Shown here: piece after piece, positions 16,991 to 27,061 of the stretch
Position numbering within the stretch: the stretch's first letter is position 1
Layout of the letters: every line of letters begins with the position of its first letter
Assembly (NCBI GenBank): GCA_963934795.1
Contig: CAWWAF010000003.1
Location: forward strand, 2,029 to 66,028
From: an uncultured bacterium
GTDB lineage: Bacteria; Acidobacteriota; Vicinamibacteria; Vicinamibacterales; UBA8438
DNA: 64,000 bases
Direction of reading: 5' to 3'
The notes under the pieces: generated by a model
Told to the model about the DNA's origin: nothing
Databases searched by the model: none
Seen by the model: the letters and a program-made list of their open reading frames with translations, nothing else
Made by a program: the position numbers and the translations under genes

Positions 16991-18054
16991 ATAACCGATT
17001 CTGGCTCACCCTGGCGACCGCCGCCATCGTGGTCTTCACGGCGCAATGGCAAACCCGCGGCGCCACGCTGCAGACCCCAGACGGCAGTCCGAGCCACCGG
17101 TTCGAGGAACTTGTCGACGGCGTGTACTTCGCTACTGGCACCGGTGCGATGACCACGATGAGCAACAACCTGGTCATCATCAATGACGATCACGTGATGC
17201 TGGTCGACTCATCGGTGACACCGGCGGCGGCTCGTGGACTGGTCGAGGGCATCAAGACGCTCACCGACAAGCCGATTAAGTACGTCTTCAACACGCACTA
17301 TCACTTCGACCACGCGCACGGAAATCAGATCTTTGGCGATGACGTCGAGATCATCGGGCACGAGTTCGTGCGGCAGATGTTGTTGAGTGACGTGCTCGAC
17401 CAGCGCACCAATCGGTCGTTCACCGAGCGCATCCCGGCGCAGCTCGATGCGCTACGGGCCCGCATCGCGGGCACCACCGATGCGGCGGAGCGGAGTCGTC
17501 TTGAGGCGCAACTGGTGATTCAAGAAGCACATGGGATCGCGGTGAAGGAGACGCGTCCCAAGGCGCCCAACGTGACCTACCGTGATTCGCTGACCCTGGT
17601 CAAAGGCGGTCGGGAAGTGCAGCTGCACTTTCCCGGCCGTGGGCACACAGGCGGCGATTCGATGGTGTTCCTGCCGAAAGAGCGCATCGTGTTTACCGGT
17701 GACTTCTTTGTGGGCAGTCCTGGGGCGGGTGGTCTGCCCTACATGGGCGATGGTTATGTAGAGGAGTGGCCCGCCTCGCTTGACGCGCTCAAAGCGATCC
17801 AGTTCGATGTGATTGTTCCCGGTCACGGGACGCCGTTCCGCGAACGGGAGCAGATCGACCATCTACAGGCTTATCTGCGTGACTTTTTTGGGCAAGTGTC
17901 CGCGTCGTACGCCGAAGGCCTGTCGGTACAGGACGCCACGGCGCGTGTCGACCTGACGGCGCACGCGGATCACTACGGTGCACGAGTCGAGAACACAGAC
18001 CCACGCGCTGTAGTCCGGATGTACGAGTTGTTTCAGATAAAGATGCCGAGATAG
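16987..18054 (+). CDS. MBL-fold metallo-hydrolase (secreted)
   Basis: 355 aa with a signal peptide and the HYHFDHAHGN (HxHxDH) zinc motif. Confidence 0.85.
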   Translation: MNNRFWLTLATAAIVVFTAQWQTRGATLQTPDGSPSHRFEELVDGVYFATGTGAMTTMSNNLVIINDDHVMLVDSSVTPAAARGLVEGIKTLTDKPIKYVFNTHYHFDHAHGNQIFGDDVEIIGHEFVRQMLLSDVLDQRTNRSFTERIPAQLDALRARIAGTTDAAERSRLEAQLVIQEAHGIAVKETRPKAPNVTYRDSLTLVKGGREVQLHFPGRGHTGGDSMVFLPKERIVFTGDFFVGSPGAGGLPYMGDGYVEEWPASLDALKAIQFDVIVPGHGTPFREREQIDHLQAYLRDFFGQVSASYAEGLSVQDATARVDLTAHADHYGARVENTDPRAVVRMYELFQIKMPR

Positions 18055-18082
18055 CGGGGAAGCTCCAAGGGCGCCCCGCGGG

Positions 18083-20176
18083 CTACCGACCGAGCAGCTC
18101 GTTCACCAGAGGGTCCGCATCGTACAGCGTCCCGAGCGCTTCGAGGATGTAGGCCGGATGCACCGCGAGCGAGCGAGCCCGTTCCGCCTCGTACGCGTAA
18201 CGGCCCACCAGGCTCTCGATGTTGCCGTCGAAGATGAGGCCCACCAGTTCGCCTTCGCGGTTGACGACCGGGGAACCTGAGTTTCCGCCGATGATGTCAG
18301 CCGTCGTGACGAAGTTCGCGGGCGTCGAGAGGTCCAACTGCTGGCGTCGGTCCCAGTAACGTTGCGGGAGCTCGAACTCACCGCTGTTGCCGAAGCTGAG
18401 CGCGCGGTCGAAGAGGCCATAGAGCGTCGTCTCATGCGGCGCCTGGGTACCGTTCATGGCGTAGCCTGCGACGGTACCGAACGAGACGCGCAGCGTGCCG
18501 GTCGCATCCGGGTATGTCGTGCGGCCATAGAGATCGAATCGCGCCGAGGCGAGTATCTCGCCCGCGTCGGTCAGCACGCTCTCAACCTCATCGCGGAACC
18601 ACTGTTGGTCTTGTCGGCGTTGCGCGTCGAGCGTCCGCGTGAGCGCGATCAGCGGGTCATCGGTGGCCTCGACCGCGGACTGGCCGCCGTCAAGCAGGCT
18701 TCGACGGAAGTCCACGTCCGCCAACCGAGTGCCCTCCATCACGCGGGCTGCGACCGTCGCCGGGTCGTCGTCGCCCAGCACGGCCGCGAGCCAGGGATCG
18801 TCGGTTCCCAATACCTCGCGGGACTTCTCAAGGAAACCGGCGACGAGATGCGCATCCAAGTCCGGAAAGACCGGCGCCTCGGATAGCAACTGAAAGCGTC
18901 TCGCGTCCAGCTCAGAGTCGTGATACCCGGGAAGGCGCTCGGCATCCGGTTTTTCGACTTCTGCGACGTAGCGCACGATCGTGCCGGCGGTCGCCGCGAG
19001 TCCAGACCCGACGAAACCGCGATAGATTCGCTGCGCAAAGCTGTCCGCGGCGTGTTGCGTCGCGGTTGCGATGGCTTCGAACGCAGCGTCGTACTCGCGG
19101 GCACGCGTGTGCTCGGCGACACCACGCCGGAACTCCTGGTCTCTCGTCTCCAGCCGGGACATCAGTGCCGGATCCGTGAGGCCTCGATATTCTCCCCCCA
19201 TCGCCTTGAGTGCATTGGTAATGCCCAGCCATTCGCGCTGCACGCGCCGCGCGTGTTCGGGGCTCCTGTCTGCGTACTCTTCGATGAGCCGTCGATAGGT
19301 CTCAAAGTAGTCGAGATACGTCGGATACCGCGTGTCTCGCTGATACAGCAGTTGGTCGAACGTGAATAGACGGTCGGTCGAGCCGGGGTTCCCGGACACG
19401 AAAATCAGATCGCCCGCCTCTGGGCCCTCTGGCTGCAGGGCCAGGTAGTGGGGTGTCGCCACCGGCGTGTCATCCCGGTAAATGCGGAAGAAGGCGACAT
19501 CCAGGCAGAACCGGGGATAGGTGAAGTTGTCAGCGTCGCCGCCGAAAAACGCCGCTTGATTCTCCGGCGCGAACACCAGCCGGACATCCGTGTATCGCTC
19601 GTACTGATACAGCCAGTATTCGCCGCCGTCGTACAGGCTGACGACTCTGGAAAACAGTCCCGTGCGATCGAGGCTCTCTTTCTCGATCGCGGCGACCGCC
19701 GCTTGACGCGCGCGGAGGCCCTCAGCCTTCGTCAGACCGGTTGCGGCAGTTTGAACCTGCGCCGTTACCTCTTCGAGCGAGACCAGCACCGATGCCTCGA
19801 GGTTTGGCGCGGTCAATTCCGCTCCACGGGTGCCTGCATAAAATCCGTTGTTCACGAAGTCGGCGTCGGCACCGGACAGGCTTTGTACGTAGCCCAGCCC
19901 GACGTGCATATTTGTCATGACCAGTCCGTCCGCACTGACGAACGAGCCGGACGCGCCGCCGATCCGGACACTCGACAGGCGCAGTCGGTTGAGCCACTCG
20001 TCGGTCGGCGTGAACCCATACTGTTCGCGCAACTGGTCGAGCGGCGGGTTGTCGAAGGTCCACATGCCTTCGTCGGCGCGCAGGGGGGGCGTGGGGCCGC
20101 CGGGAACGCCCGCGAGAATCAGCATGATGAGTCCGACGGTGGTGCAGTATCGGATGCCGCAACGGCGTGTGGTCAT
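18083..20176 (-). CDS. S46 family dipeptidyl-peptidase (DPP7/DPP11-like)
   Basis: 697 aa. N-terminal DEGMWTFDNPP and C-terminal catalytic serine region GGNSGSPVVNREGELVGLIFDGN. Confidence 0.85.
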   Translation of the reverse strand: MTTRRCGIRYCTTVGLIMLILAGVPGGPTPPLRADEGMWTFDNPPLDQLREQYGFTPTDEWLNRLRLSSVRIGGASGSFVSADGLVMTNMHVGLGYVQSLSGADADFVNNGFYAGTRGAELTAPNLEASVLVSLEEVTAQVQTAATGLTKAEGLRARQAAVAAIEKESLDRTGLFSRVVSLYDGGEYWLYQYERYTDVRLVFAPENQAAFFGGDADNFTYPRFCLDVAFFRIYRDDTPVATPHYLALQPEGPEAGDLIFVSGNPGSTDRLFTFDQLLYQRDTRYPTYLDYFETYRRLIEEYADRSPEHARRVQREWLGITNALKAMGGEYRGLTDPALMSRLETRDQEFRRGVAEHTRAREYDAAFEAIATATQHAADSFAQRIYRGFVGSGLAATAGTIVRYVAEVEKPDAERLPGYHDSELDARRFQLLSEAPVFPDLDAHLVAGFLEKSREVLGTDDPWLAAVLGDDDPATVAARVMEGTRLADVDFRRSLLDGGQSAVEATDDPLIALTRTLDAQRRQDQQWFRDEVESVLTDAGEILASARFDLYGRTTYPDATGTLRVSFGTVAGYAMNGTQAPHETTLYGLFDRALSFGNSGEFELPQRYWDRRQQLDLSTPANFVTTADIIGGNSGSPVVNREGELVGLIFDGNIESLVGRYAYEAERARSLAVHPAYILEALGTLYDADPLVNELLGR

Positions 20177-21909
20177 GTGTTGTCTCCGCCAAGAGAGTCC
20201 AGTGTTCGTATACCTGGGAGGCAGTCGTCAGTCGTCGTTCGAGCGCCGGCTGTTTTGGAATCCGTCGAACAGCTCACTTGGCCGACGTGCAGTCCACTCT
20301 GGATGCCCACGGTTTCGCCGATTTCCAGATATTCATCGCTGGCGACGTCGCACGCCGGCCACGCGGGAAGACCGGGACTGTTCGGGTCGCCGGTCGCCGC
20401 GAAACGCGCCCAATACCCCATCATCGTGTCCGAAATTCGCTGATCGACGTCAGTGTAGTCGCCGTTGTCGAGGTTGCCGAACACGTAGCCCAATTCGGCC
20501 GCATGGTGCGAGCCCATGCGCTCACCGCCCGCCGTGGGCGGGACATGCGTGAAGTGGTATAGCCAGGCCGGGGCGTCCTTTAGGGCGTGGGTCCGCGCAT
20601 GGAGGCGGACAGGGCCCGCGAAATACATGTCATGAATGAGGTGGTCGACCGCGTCCGGCACGGTGGCGGCCTCGCTGACGGCATAGTGCGCCAGTGCCGC
20701 GTCTGCTTGCTCCGGATACATGCGGCGGATGTGTGCCTGGAAGTCCGCGACGTCAGATAGGGGGAGCCCGGGGGCAAACATTGAGCCTTCGTTCCCGTTC
20801 ATGCCAACAATCAGTGGTACATCGTGTTGGCGCCCACTCTCATACATCCTGATTGGATCGTCGGGAATGACGCGGCCATCGATATTCGGGGCCCAGGCGT
20901 TGTCTTCCCGAGTGAAAGGGCTATTGCCGACGGCTTGGTACGCCGCAAAGAGGTCCTCCGCGCTGGCGCCGCGCAACTCGTCGAGTGGCGCATCGGGGTC
21001 CGCGACACCCAGGGCCTCGGCTACCCGCACGCCCTCTGCCTCGGCCGAGCCCGGGCCGCTCAATGGGCGGTCCCAACCATAGACTCAGTTACTTTCGGCG
21101 ATAGCACCATGGTACAGACCCTCCGCCTGCGGGACGACCATCAACGACATCACGGCACCGGCCCCCGCCGACTCGCCGAAGATCGTGACCCGGCGCGGGT
21201 CGCCGTCGAACGACGCGATGTTGTCTTGCACCCAGACGAGCGAGGCAACCATGTCCTGTATGCCTTGGTTACCGGAGGCGTCGTACGGCGACTCGGCCGA
21301 GAGCGCGGGGTGAGCGTAGAATCCGAAGACATTCAGTCGATAGTTGATCGAGACCAGCACCACGCCGCGCGCGGCCAACTGCGTGCCTTCGTAAGTGCTG
21401 TAGGACCCGGTCCCGCCCGTGTAGCCGCCGCCATGTATCCAGACCATGACCGGCAGCGGTTCTTCGACTTCTCGCGGTGCATACACGTTGAGTACCAGAC
21501 AGTCTTCGCTCTGGTCTTCCTCGTTGCGGCCGCCCTGCACGCATCGGTTGCCGAAGACGGTGGCATCCCGCACGTCGTCCCAGGGCTCAACGGCGACGGG
21601 CGGCTTCCAGCGCAGGTCACCGACGGGTGGAGCCGCGTAGGGGACGCCCTTGAATGTAATGATGTCTGGGTTGGTCTCTGACAGACTCCCCTGGACTCGC
21701 CCTCCGGTCACCGCGATTGGCGTGTCGGCCGAGAGGACGGTTGGTGTTTCCTCGAGCGGTTGGGCAGGTGCGAGGCCGCTCCCGCCCCCGCCACATGCGG
21801 CGGCCACCAGGGGCACGAGCACCACGAGCGATCGGTTCCACGTGAAGAAGTTGCGCATGTGCGTTCCGCCTTCTCGGTAGCGTTCGATTGGACGTGTTGG
21901 CGCTTTCAT
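20173..21909 (-). pseudogene. type-B carboxylesterase interrupted by a single in-frame TGA (21085..21087)
   Basis: ORFs 21085..21909 (HGGG oxyanion motif VWIHGGGYTGG and nucleophile elbow FGESAGAG) and 20173..21063 (C-terminal half) are in the same frame. The only interruption is one TGA, in ...AIAESN-*-VYGWDRP... Confidence 0.7.
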
Positions 21910-22005
21910 GTCGAAGCGATTTATTGTAGTCCTGCGACACCAAACCGGCAGCGGTCTTTCAATCGACAGATCGGGCGCCGGCCATGATCGAACCCCTCTC
22001 AGCCC

Positions 22006-23340
22006 ATGAGTGACGCGGTGCAGACATCAGACCCTCCGTGGTTTCGCCAGGTCGACGGCCAGCAGTGGCGTGCCTTTCTGGCCACATTCTTTGGCTGGCT
22101 GCTGGACGGGTTCGATTTCACCATCATGACGTTCATCCTGGTCGACATCCAGGACAGCTTCACGGTCGATGCTTCGTTGGCCGGGGCGCTTGGTACGGTG
22201 ACCCTGGTCTTCCGCCTCTTCGGTGGCCTGGGGGCGGGCATGATGGCGGACCGATATGGGCGGAAGCTTCCCTTGATGTTGTCGATTCTCTGGTTTTCCT
22301 TGTTCGCCTTTCTCAGTGGATTCTCCACCTCCTACGCCATGTTGTTCGCGTTCCGCGCACTGTTCGGGATTGGCATGGGCGGCGAGTGGGCGGCCGGAAT
22401 GCCGTTGGCGTTGGAGCACTGGCCGACGCGGCTACGCGGGTTGGCATCGGGGTTGCTGCAGGGGGGATGGTATTGGGGCTACATCCTGTCGGCGTTGACC
22501 TTTTCGTACGTGTATCCGATCTTCGCGGCGATGCCGGACCCGTTCAGCGTCTCGCCCGACTCGACGCTCGGGTGGCGCGTCATGTTCTGGACGGGCGTGA
22601 TCCCCGCCTTGATGGTCTTGTGGATCCGGACCGGCGTCCAGGAGAGCCCCGTCTGGCTCAAGCGCCAGCAGCAGATCAAGGCGAGTGGTGCCGCGCTCGA
22701 GGACCGAATCTCCCTGCTCCGGCTCTTTCGTCCAGATTTGTTGTGGGTCACGATCCAAAGTTCGCTGCTGATCTCAACCTTCATGTTTTCGTACTACTCG
22801 ATTTCATTCTGGTATCCCACGTTTCTGCGTGACCAGGGACTGGACCCGCTGCGGTATGTGGTGGGGTTCAATGCCGGAGCCATCCTCGGAATTGCCCTCT
22901 GGGGGCGGGCGTCTGAAGGCTGGCTTGGACGGCGCGGGGCGGTGACCCTGGCCGCGCTGACCGGTGTCGTGACGGCACCGCTGTTCTTGACCACATCGAG
23001 CACGTGGTGGCTGCTGATCGGCGCCATCCTGATGGGTGCGACCGGCGGTGGCATCTGGGGCATGGCGCCGGCCTACCTGACGGAACGGTTCCCGACCGCA
23101 GTGCGTGGGGTCGGGCCAGGGTTGTCGTATCACGTCGGCGCTGCCGTCGGCTCGGCCACACCGTTCATGCTCGGCCGCCTGCAGGATGGTGGAATGACCA
23201 TTGGCGGTGCAATGATGTTGTGTATCGTCGGTTCTGGACTGCTGGTGTCCGGCGTGATCTGGTTGGGCCCGGAAACGCGCGGACGGAACTTTACAGCCCT
23301 GGACGACATCCCGGGCCCCGTCGCCGACGGTGCCGGGTAG
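22006..23340 (+). CDS. MFS transporter
   Basis: 444 aa with about 12 TM helices and the motif-A-like sequence GGLGAGMMADRYGRK. Confidence 0.85.
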   Translation: MSDAVQTSDPPWFRQVDGQQWRAFLATFFGWLLDGFDFTIMTFILVDIQDSFTVDASLAGALGTVTLVFRLFGGLGAGMMADRYGRKLPLMLSILWFSLFAFLSGFSTSYAMLFAFRALFGIGMGGEWAAGMPLALEHWPTRLRGLASGLLQGGWYWGYILSALTFSYVYPIFAAMPDPFSVSPDSTLGWRVMFWTGVIPALMVLWIRTGVQESPVWLKRQQQIKASGAALEDRISLLRLFRPDLLWVTIQSSLLISTFMFSYYSISFWYPTFLRDQGLDPLRYVVGFNAGAILGIALWGRASEGWLGRRGAVTLAALTGVVTAPLFLTTSSTWWLLIGAILMGATGGGIWGMAPAYLTERFPTAVRGVGPGLSYHVGAAVGSATPFMLGRLQDGGMTIGGAMMLCIVGSGLLVSGVIWLGPETRGRNFTALDDIPGPVADGAG

Positions 23341-23363
23341 CCACGTGGGTAGAGGAGGTCTAT

Positions 23364-24116
23364 ATGGATCGGGAACGTCGATGGATGCTTGGGGCGATGC
23401 TGGTGGCGTCAATGGCGGGTGGGGCGGTGGCGAATGCATTGCTGCCGGCACGCCTGTCCGCCCAGGGTGGTGACGTGGTGACGGCCTCGCAGGTGAATAT
23501 CGTTGACGCGGGCGGACGGCTCCGGGCGGTGCTGTCTGGTGACGACGCGCGCGGTCTGACATCGCTGACGTTCTACGGGCCCGATGGTGCCACGCGCGGG
23601 GCGCTGGGTATGGATGCGGACGGCGCGCCAGGGCTGCGGTTCATGGACGCCGCTGGCGCGGTGCAACTGGCGGCGACGGTGAGCGAGGCAGACGCCCTGG
23701 TGACCGTCGGGGACCAGGGGGCTCGGAGCGCGCTGTTCGGTTCGTTGGGTGGCGCGCCGGTCGTCGGTCTGTCCCATGCGGGGCAGGCTCGGATGCAATT
23801 CGAACTTGGTCCCGCCGGCCAGCCCAGTCTGAGTCTCCAGGGCGAGCCGAGTGTGAACCTGCTCGGGGAGCCAGGGCAGCAGGCCCTCAGCTTGTCCGTG
23901 GATGCGGACGGGGCACCGTTCGTGTCGCTCTATGATGCGGAGGGGGCGCCGCGGCTTCTGATGGGAGCCGTGCGGGGAACAGCCGTCGTGAACCTCGGAG
24001 ACGGGATCCGGCCTCGGATGGTGCTGGGGGTGACCGACCAGGGCGAAGGGAGCCTCGGGTTCTACGACGCCGAAGGCACGCTGGTGCGCCTGGAGGGGGC
24101 AGAGCCCTCTCCCTGA
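23364..24116 (+). CDS. secreted repetitive hypothetical protein
   Basis: ATG 23364 is preceded by GAGGAGG. It has an N-terminal TM/signal segment. The body consists of degenerate repeats of about 20-25 aa (for example FYGPDGATRGALGMDADGAP, SLYDAEGAPRLLMG, GFYDAEGTLVRL). Confidence 0.5.
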   Translation: MDRERRWMLGAMLVASMAGGAVANALLPARLSAQGGDVVTASQVNIVDAGGRLRAVLSGDDARGLTSLTFYGPDGATRGALGMDADGAPGLRFMDAAGAVQLAATVSEADALVTVGDQGARSALFGSLGGAPVVGLSHAGQARMQFELGPAGQPSLSLQGEPSVNLLGEPGQQALSLSVDADGAPFVSLYDAEGAPRLLMGAVRGTAVVNLGDGIRPRMVLGVTDQGEGSLGFYDAEGTLVRLEGAEPSP

Positions 24117-24152
24117 ACGGACGTCGGTAGGACTCGGCTGAATCTGGCGCTG

Positions 24153-24878
24153 ATGGCAACGCGACTGCGCCGAAACGGAGGACCGATGGTTGGAACGCTG
24201 GTTGGAACGATGGTTGAATTTCCCAGCAATGGGAAGGCGGGAAGCGGATATCTGGCGGTGCCGGCGTCCGGCGGCGGACCGGGCGTGATCGTATTGCAGG
24301 AGTGGTGGGGCCTGGTCGACCACATCAAGGACGTGGCGGATCGCCTCGCGGCAGAAGGTTTTGTCGCGCTCGCGCCTGACATGTACCACGGCGAGAGCAC
24401 CACCAGTCCGGACGACGCCGGAAAGATGATGATGGCCCTCGATATCGGCCGCGCAGAGAAGGACCTGCGCGGCGCGATCGGCTATCTGCTGTCACGTGCC
24501 GAGGTGACCACAGACCACGTGGGCACGGTGGGGTTCTGCATGGGCGGACAGTTGTCTCTGTACGCGGCGTGCGAGAACGCCGCGGTGGGAGCCTGCGTTG
24601 TCTTCTACGGTATTCACCCGAACGTCGCCCCGAATCTGTCGACGTTGCAGGCGCCGGTCCTCGGCTTCTTCGCCGAGAAGGACGGTTTTGTCCCACCCGC
24701 CGCCGCGCGCCAGCTCGAGGCGGATCTCAACGCGGCCGGTCAGTCGGCGGACATCACCGTCTTTGAGGACGCGGACCACGCCTTCTTCAACGACACACGG
24801 ACGGAGGTCTATGACGAGACGCACGCGGCCACCTGCTGGTCGCGAATGCTGGCCTTCTACCGAGAGCATGTCCGGTAG
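24153..24878 (+). CDS. dienelactone hydrolase family protein
   Basis: Contains GVIVLQEWWGL...ALAPDMYHG and the nucleophile motif VGFCMGG. The exact start is uncertain because several in-frame Met codons follow. Confidence 0.85.
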   Translation: MATRLRRNGGPMVGTLVGTMVEFPSNGKAGSGYLAVPASGGGPGVIVLQEWWGLVDHIKDVADRLAAEGFVALAPDMYHGESTTSPDDAGKMMMALDIGRAEKDLRGAIGYLLSRAEVTTDHVGTVGFCMGGQLSLYAACENAAVGACVVFYGIHPNVAPNLSTLQAPVLGFFAEKDGFVPPAAARQLEADLNAAGQSADITVFEDADHAFFNDTRTEVYDETHAATCWSRMLAFYREHVR

Positions 24879-25047
24879 CGGCCTGCGGGGATGGTTGTCG
24901 CGGCTGCGGTCGTGGCAGCTCTTTCTGGTGGCCGCCGCGTTATTCGTGGCCGACCTGCTCATCCCAGACCCGATTCCGTTCGTCGACGAGATCATGCTCG
25001 CGCTCACCACCCTGTTGCTCGCACGCTGGAAAGGGCGCCGAGAGTAG
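24868..25047 (+). CDS. small membrane protein (59 aa), hypothetical
   Basis: The ATG overlaps the end of the DLH gene. The sequence MSGSGLRGWLSRLRSWQLFLVAAALFVADLLIPDPIPFVDEIMLALTTLLLARW suggests two hydrophobic helices. Confidence 0.35.
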   Translation: MSGSGLRGWLSRLRSWQLFLVAAALFVADLLIPDPIPFVDEIMLALTTLLLARWKGRRE

Positions 25048-25153
25048 TCGCGGCACCAACGCCAACGCTGCGTCGTGACGGGAACCGTCACTCGCTATGC
25101 ATGCGGGACCGTCGCGAGACGGTGGGTCTACTGCGTCCAGCCGAGATAGAGCA

Positions 25154-25585
25154 TCACGGCGGCGACCACGAACAACAGAATCCGAAAGAACAGCACCCAG
25201 GCTGACGCCCGGTGGGGCCGTTCAGGCCATCGATCAGGACCCGACGGCCGTCTGCGAGGCCGTCGTCGTCGCGATCCGCCTCAAGCAGAACCACCTGTCC
25301 GTCGCGTGGCGAGGAGACGAGGACGTCCCCTCGCGCGGTCACTCGTAGCCCACGCGCCTCGGCCACGCCGGTCGCGAACAACGAGACCGCGTACCCCCTC
25401 GGGACGACCAGACGACCCGCATCCTTCGACGACATCGTCGGTGGGTCGAGCCAGGACGGCAGCACCCGCATTTGCTGCAGCATGCTGCGCCACGGGACGT
25501 TGAGGGGGACCGCCATCCAGAGGCCCGTCACCGCCGCCACGAGTAGTGCCACCAACACCGCCGTGATTTTCAGGAGTCGCTTCAT
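25154..25585 (-). pseudogene. 5' fragment of a PQQ-dependent sugar (sorbosone/glucose) dehydrogenase-like gene
   Basis: Residues about 55-125 (VPRGYAVSLFATGVAEARGLRVTARGDVLVSSPRDGQVVLLEADRDDDGLADGRRVLIDGLNGP) match the start of the GSDH beta-propeller family, which is normally about 380-430 aa. Here the ORF ends at 143 aa and no continuation exists in any frame. Confidence 0.5.
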
Positions 25586-25592
25586 CTCAGGA

Positions 25593-26387
25593 CTATTTTC
25601 CGAGTCGCTTGCGAAAATTATGCCCGACCATGTTCAAGACCCGGTCGCGGGACAACAAGCGGGGCAGCCATGTGAACTTCTTGTTGCCCTTGCCCGTGAC
25701 GACGTAGGACTTGTCCCGCAAGAACGCGTCGAGACCTTCGTCTGCCACCGCTGTCGGAGCATCTCCGCCGTGGCCCAGATTGGTGCTGAGCTTGGTTGCG
25801 GCGACCGCCCGGAAATTGGAATCCGTGGCCCCCGGACAGAGCGTCATGATGCTCACGCCCCGCTGCGCGTATTCGAATCGCAAGGCGTCGGACAGGAGCA
25901 AGACATAGGCCTTCGACGCCGAATACACAGCGGCGTAGGGCACGGGAAGAAAGGACGCGGTCGATCCGACATTGATCACGCCACCGCCGCCCCGAGCAAT
26001 CATGTCTGGAATGAAGAGGTGACAGAGCTCCGTCAGGGCCGTGATATTCAAACGAATCATCTGGCCGTAGTCGGCGCGATCGAATTCTCCCCATCGTCCG
26101 TAGCCAGCGTTGTTGATGAGCAGATCCACCTGGAGCCCGGCCAACGTGACGGCAGCGTGCAGACGTTCGGCGGCACCGGGTTGGCTCAGGTCCTCTGGAA
26201 ACACGTGGGCATTGACGCCGGTCTCCTTGATATCCGCGGCAACGTTGTTGAGCGTCTCCGTGGACCGGGCGGTGAGGATCACGACTGCGCCTCTGCGCGC
26301 AAGGGAGGCGGCCATGGCCAATCCAACACCAGAAGAGGCACCGGTGACGAGTACTGTCTTGTCTGTGTACGATTTCATGGGTACCAA
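25593..26387 (-). CDS. SDR family oxidoreductase
   Basis: VLVTGASSGVGLAMA (TGxxxGxG) and YSASKAY (YxxxK). Confidence 0.9.
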   Translation of the reverse strand: MVPMKSYTDKTVLVTGASSGVGLAMAASLARRGAVVILTARSTETLNNVAADIKETGVNAHVFPEDLSQPGAAERLHAAVTLAGLQVDLLINNAGYGRWGEFDRADYGQMIRLNITALTELCHLFIPDMIARGGGGVINVGSTASFLPVPYAAVYSASKAYVLLLSDALRFEYAQRGVSIMTLCPGATDSNFRAVAATKLSTNLGHGGDAPTAVADEGLDAFLRDKSYVVTGKGNKKFTWLPRLLSRDRVLNMVGHNFRKRLGK

Positions 26388-26427
26388 CAGTGATTGACGC
26401 GAGGGCCCGGATCCGCCCGCCGGACCG

Positions 26428-27027
26428 CTAGCGCAACCCCGCGAAGAAGACTCGTACGAAGCGCCGCAGCCGTTTCTTCAAGGTCGCCACGTCGGGCGCC
26501 CCCTGTTTCAAGCCGGAGGCGCCCAGTTGGATCAACTCCGCCGCAGCCGCGGCGGACAGTCCCGCGCCCTTCAGGTCAACCTCCCCCGCCCGATCCGCTG
26601 CTCGCATTTCCGACGCGAGCAACGCGCGAAAGCGCGCTGACGACTCGAGTACCAGGTCTCCGCAGAGCCTGTTGTCCTCGTCATAGATTTCGCGCCCATG
26701 AGGGGATTGCGTTACGACCTCCTGGAGTCTGGCGAATCGAGCGACCAGTGCGCCCTCAACCCGTCGCGCGATATCAGGCTTCCCCGAGGTTGCCCTCAAT
26801 GCCGCTTCCGCGTCCGCCAGCGCCTGGCCGTGAACTGACGCTGACAGGCAACGGAAAATCTCTTCTTTGTTTCCGAAATAGGAATACAGAGAGGCTCGAG
26901 AAACGCCTGCCGCGGTCGCGATGTCCTCCATCGAGGTCCTGCGGAATCCGTAGCCGCTGAACTGAGTGAACGCGGAAACGAGAATTGCGGTGCGTTTCGG
27001 ATCTCCGCCTCGGTCCATGGTAGACAT
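26428..27027 (-). CDS. TetR/AcrR family transcriptional regulator
   Basis: N-terminal HTH FRRTSMEDIATAAGVSRASLYSYFGNKEEIF. 199 aa. Confidence 0.9.
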   Translation of the reverse strand: MSTMDRGGDPKRTAILVSAFTQFSGYGFRRTSMEDIATAAGVSRASLYSYFGNKEEIFRCLSASVHGQALADAEAALRATSGKPDIARRVEGALVARFARLQEVVTQSPHGREIYDEDNRLCGDLVLESSARFRALLASEMRAADRAGEVDLKGAGLSAAAAAELIQLGASGLKQGAPDVATLKKRLRRFVRVFFAGLR

Positions 27028-27029
27028 AG

Positions 27030-27061
27030 TGACATTAAATACTTATATTGTCAATATGACA
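27030..27061. promoter_or_regulatory. candidate TetR operator / promoter region (AT-rich inverted repeats)
   Basis: Immediately 5' of the tetR start. It contains TGACA (27030), TGTCA (27049) and TGACA (27057). TGTCAATATGACA at 27049..27061 is a 5-bp-arm palindrome. This is the most AT-rich stretch in the window. Confidence 0.35.
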
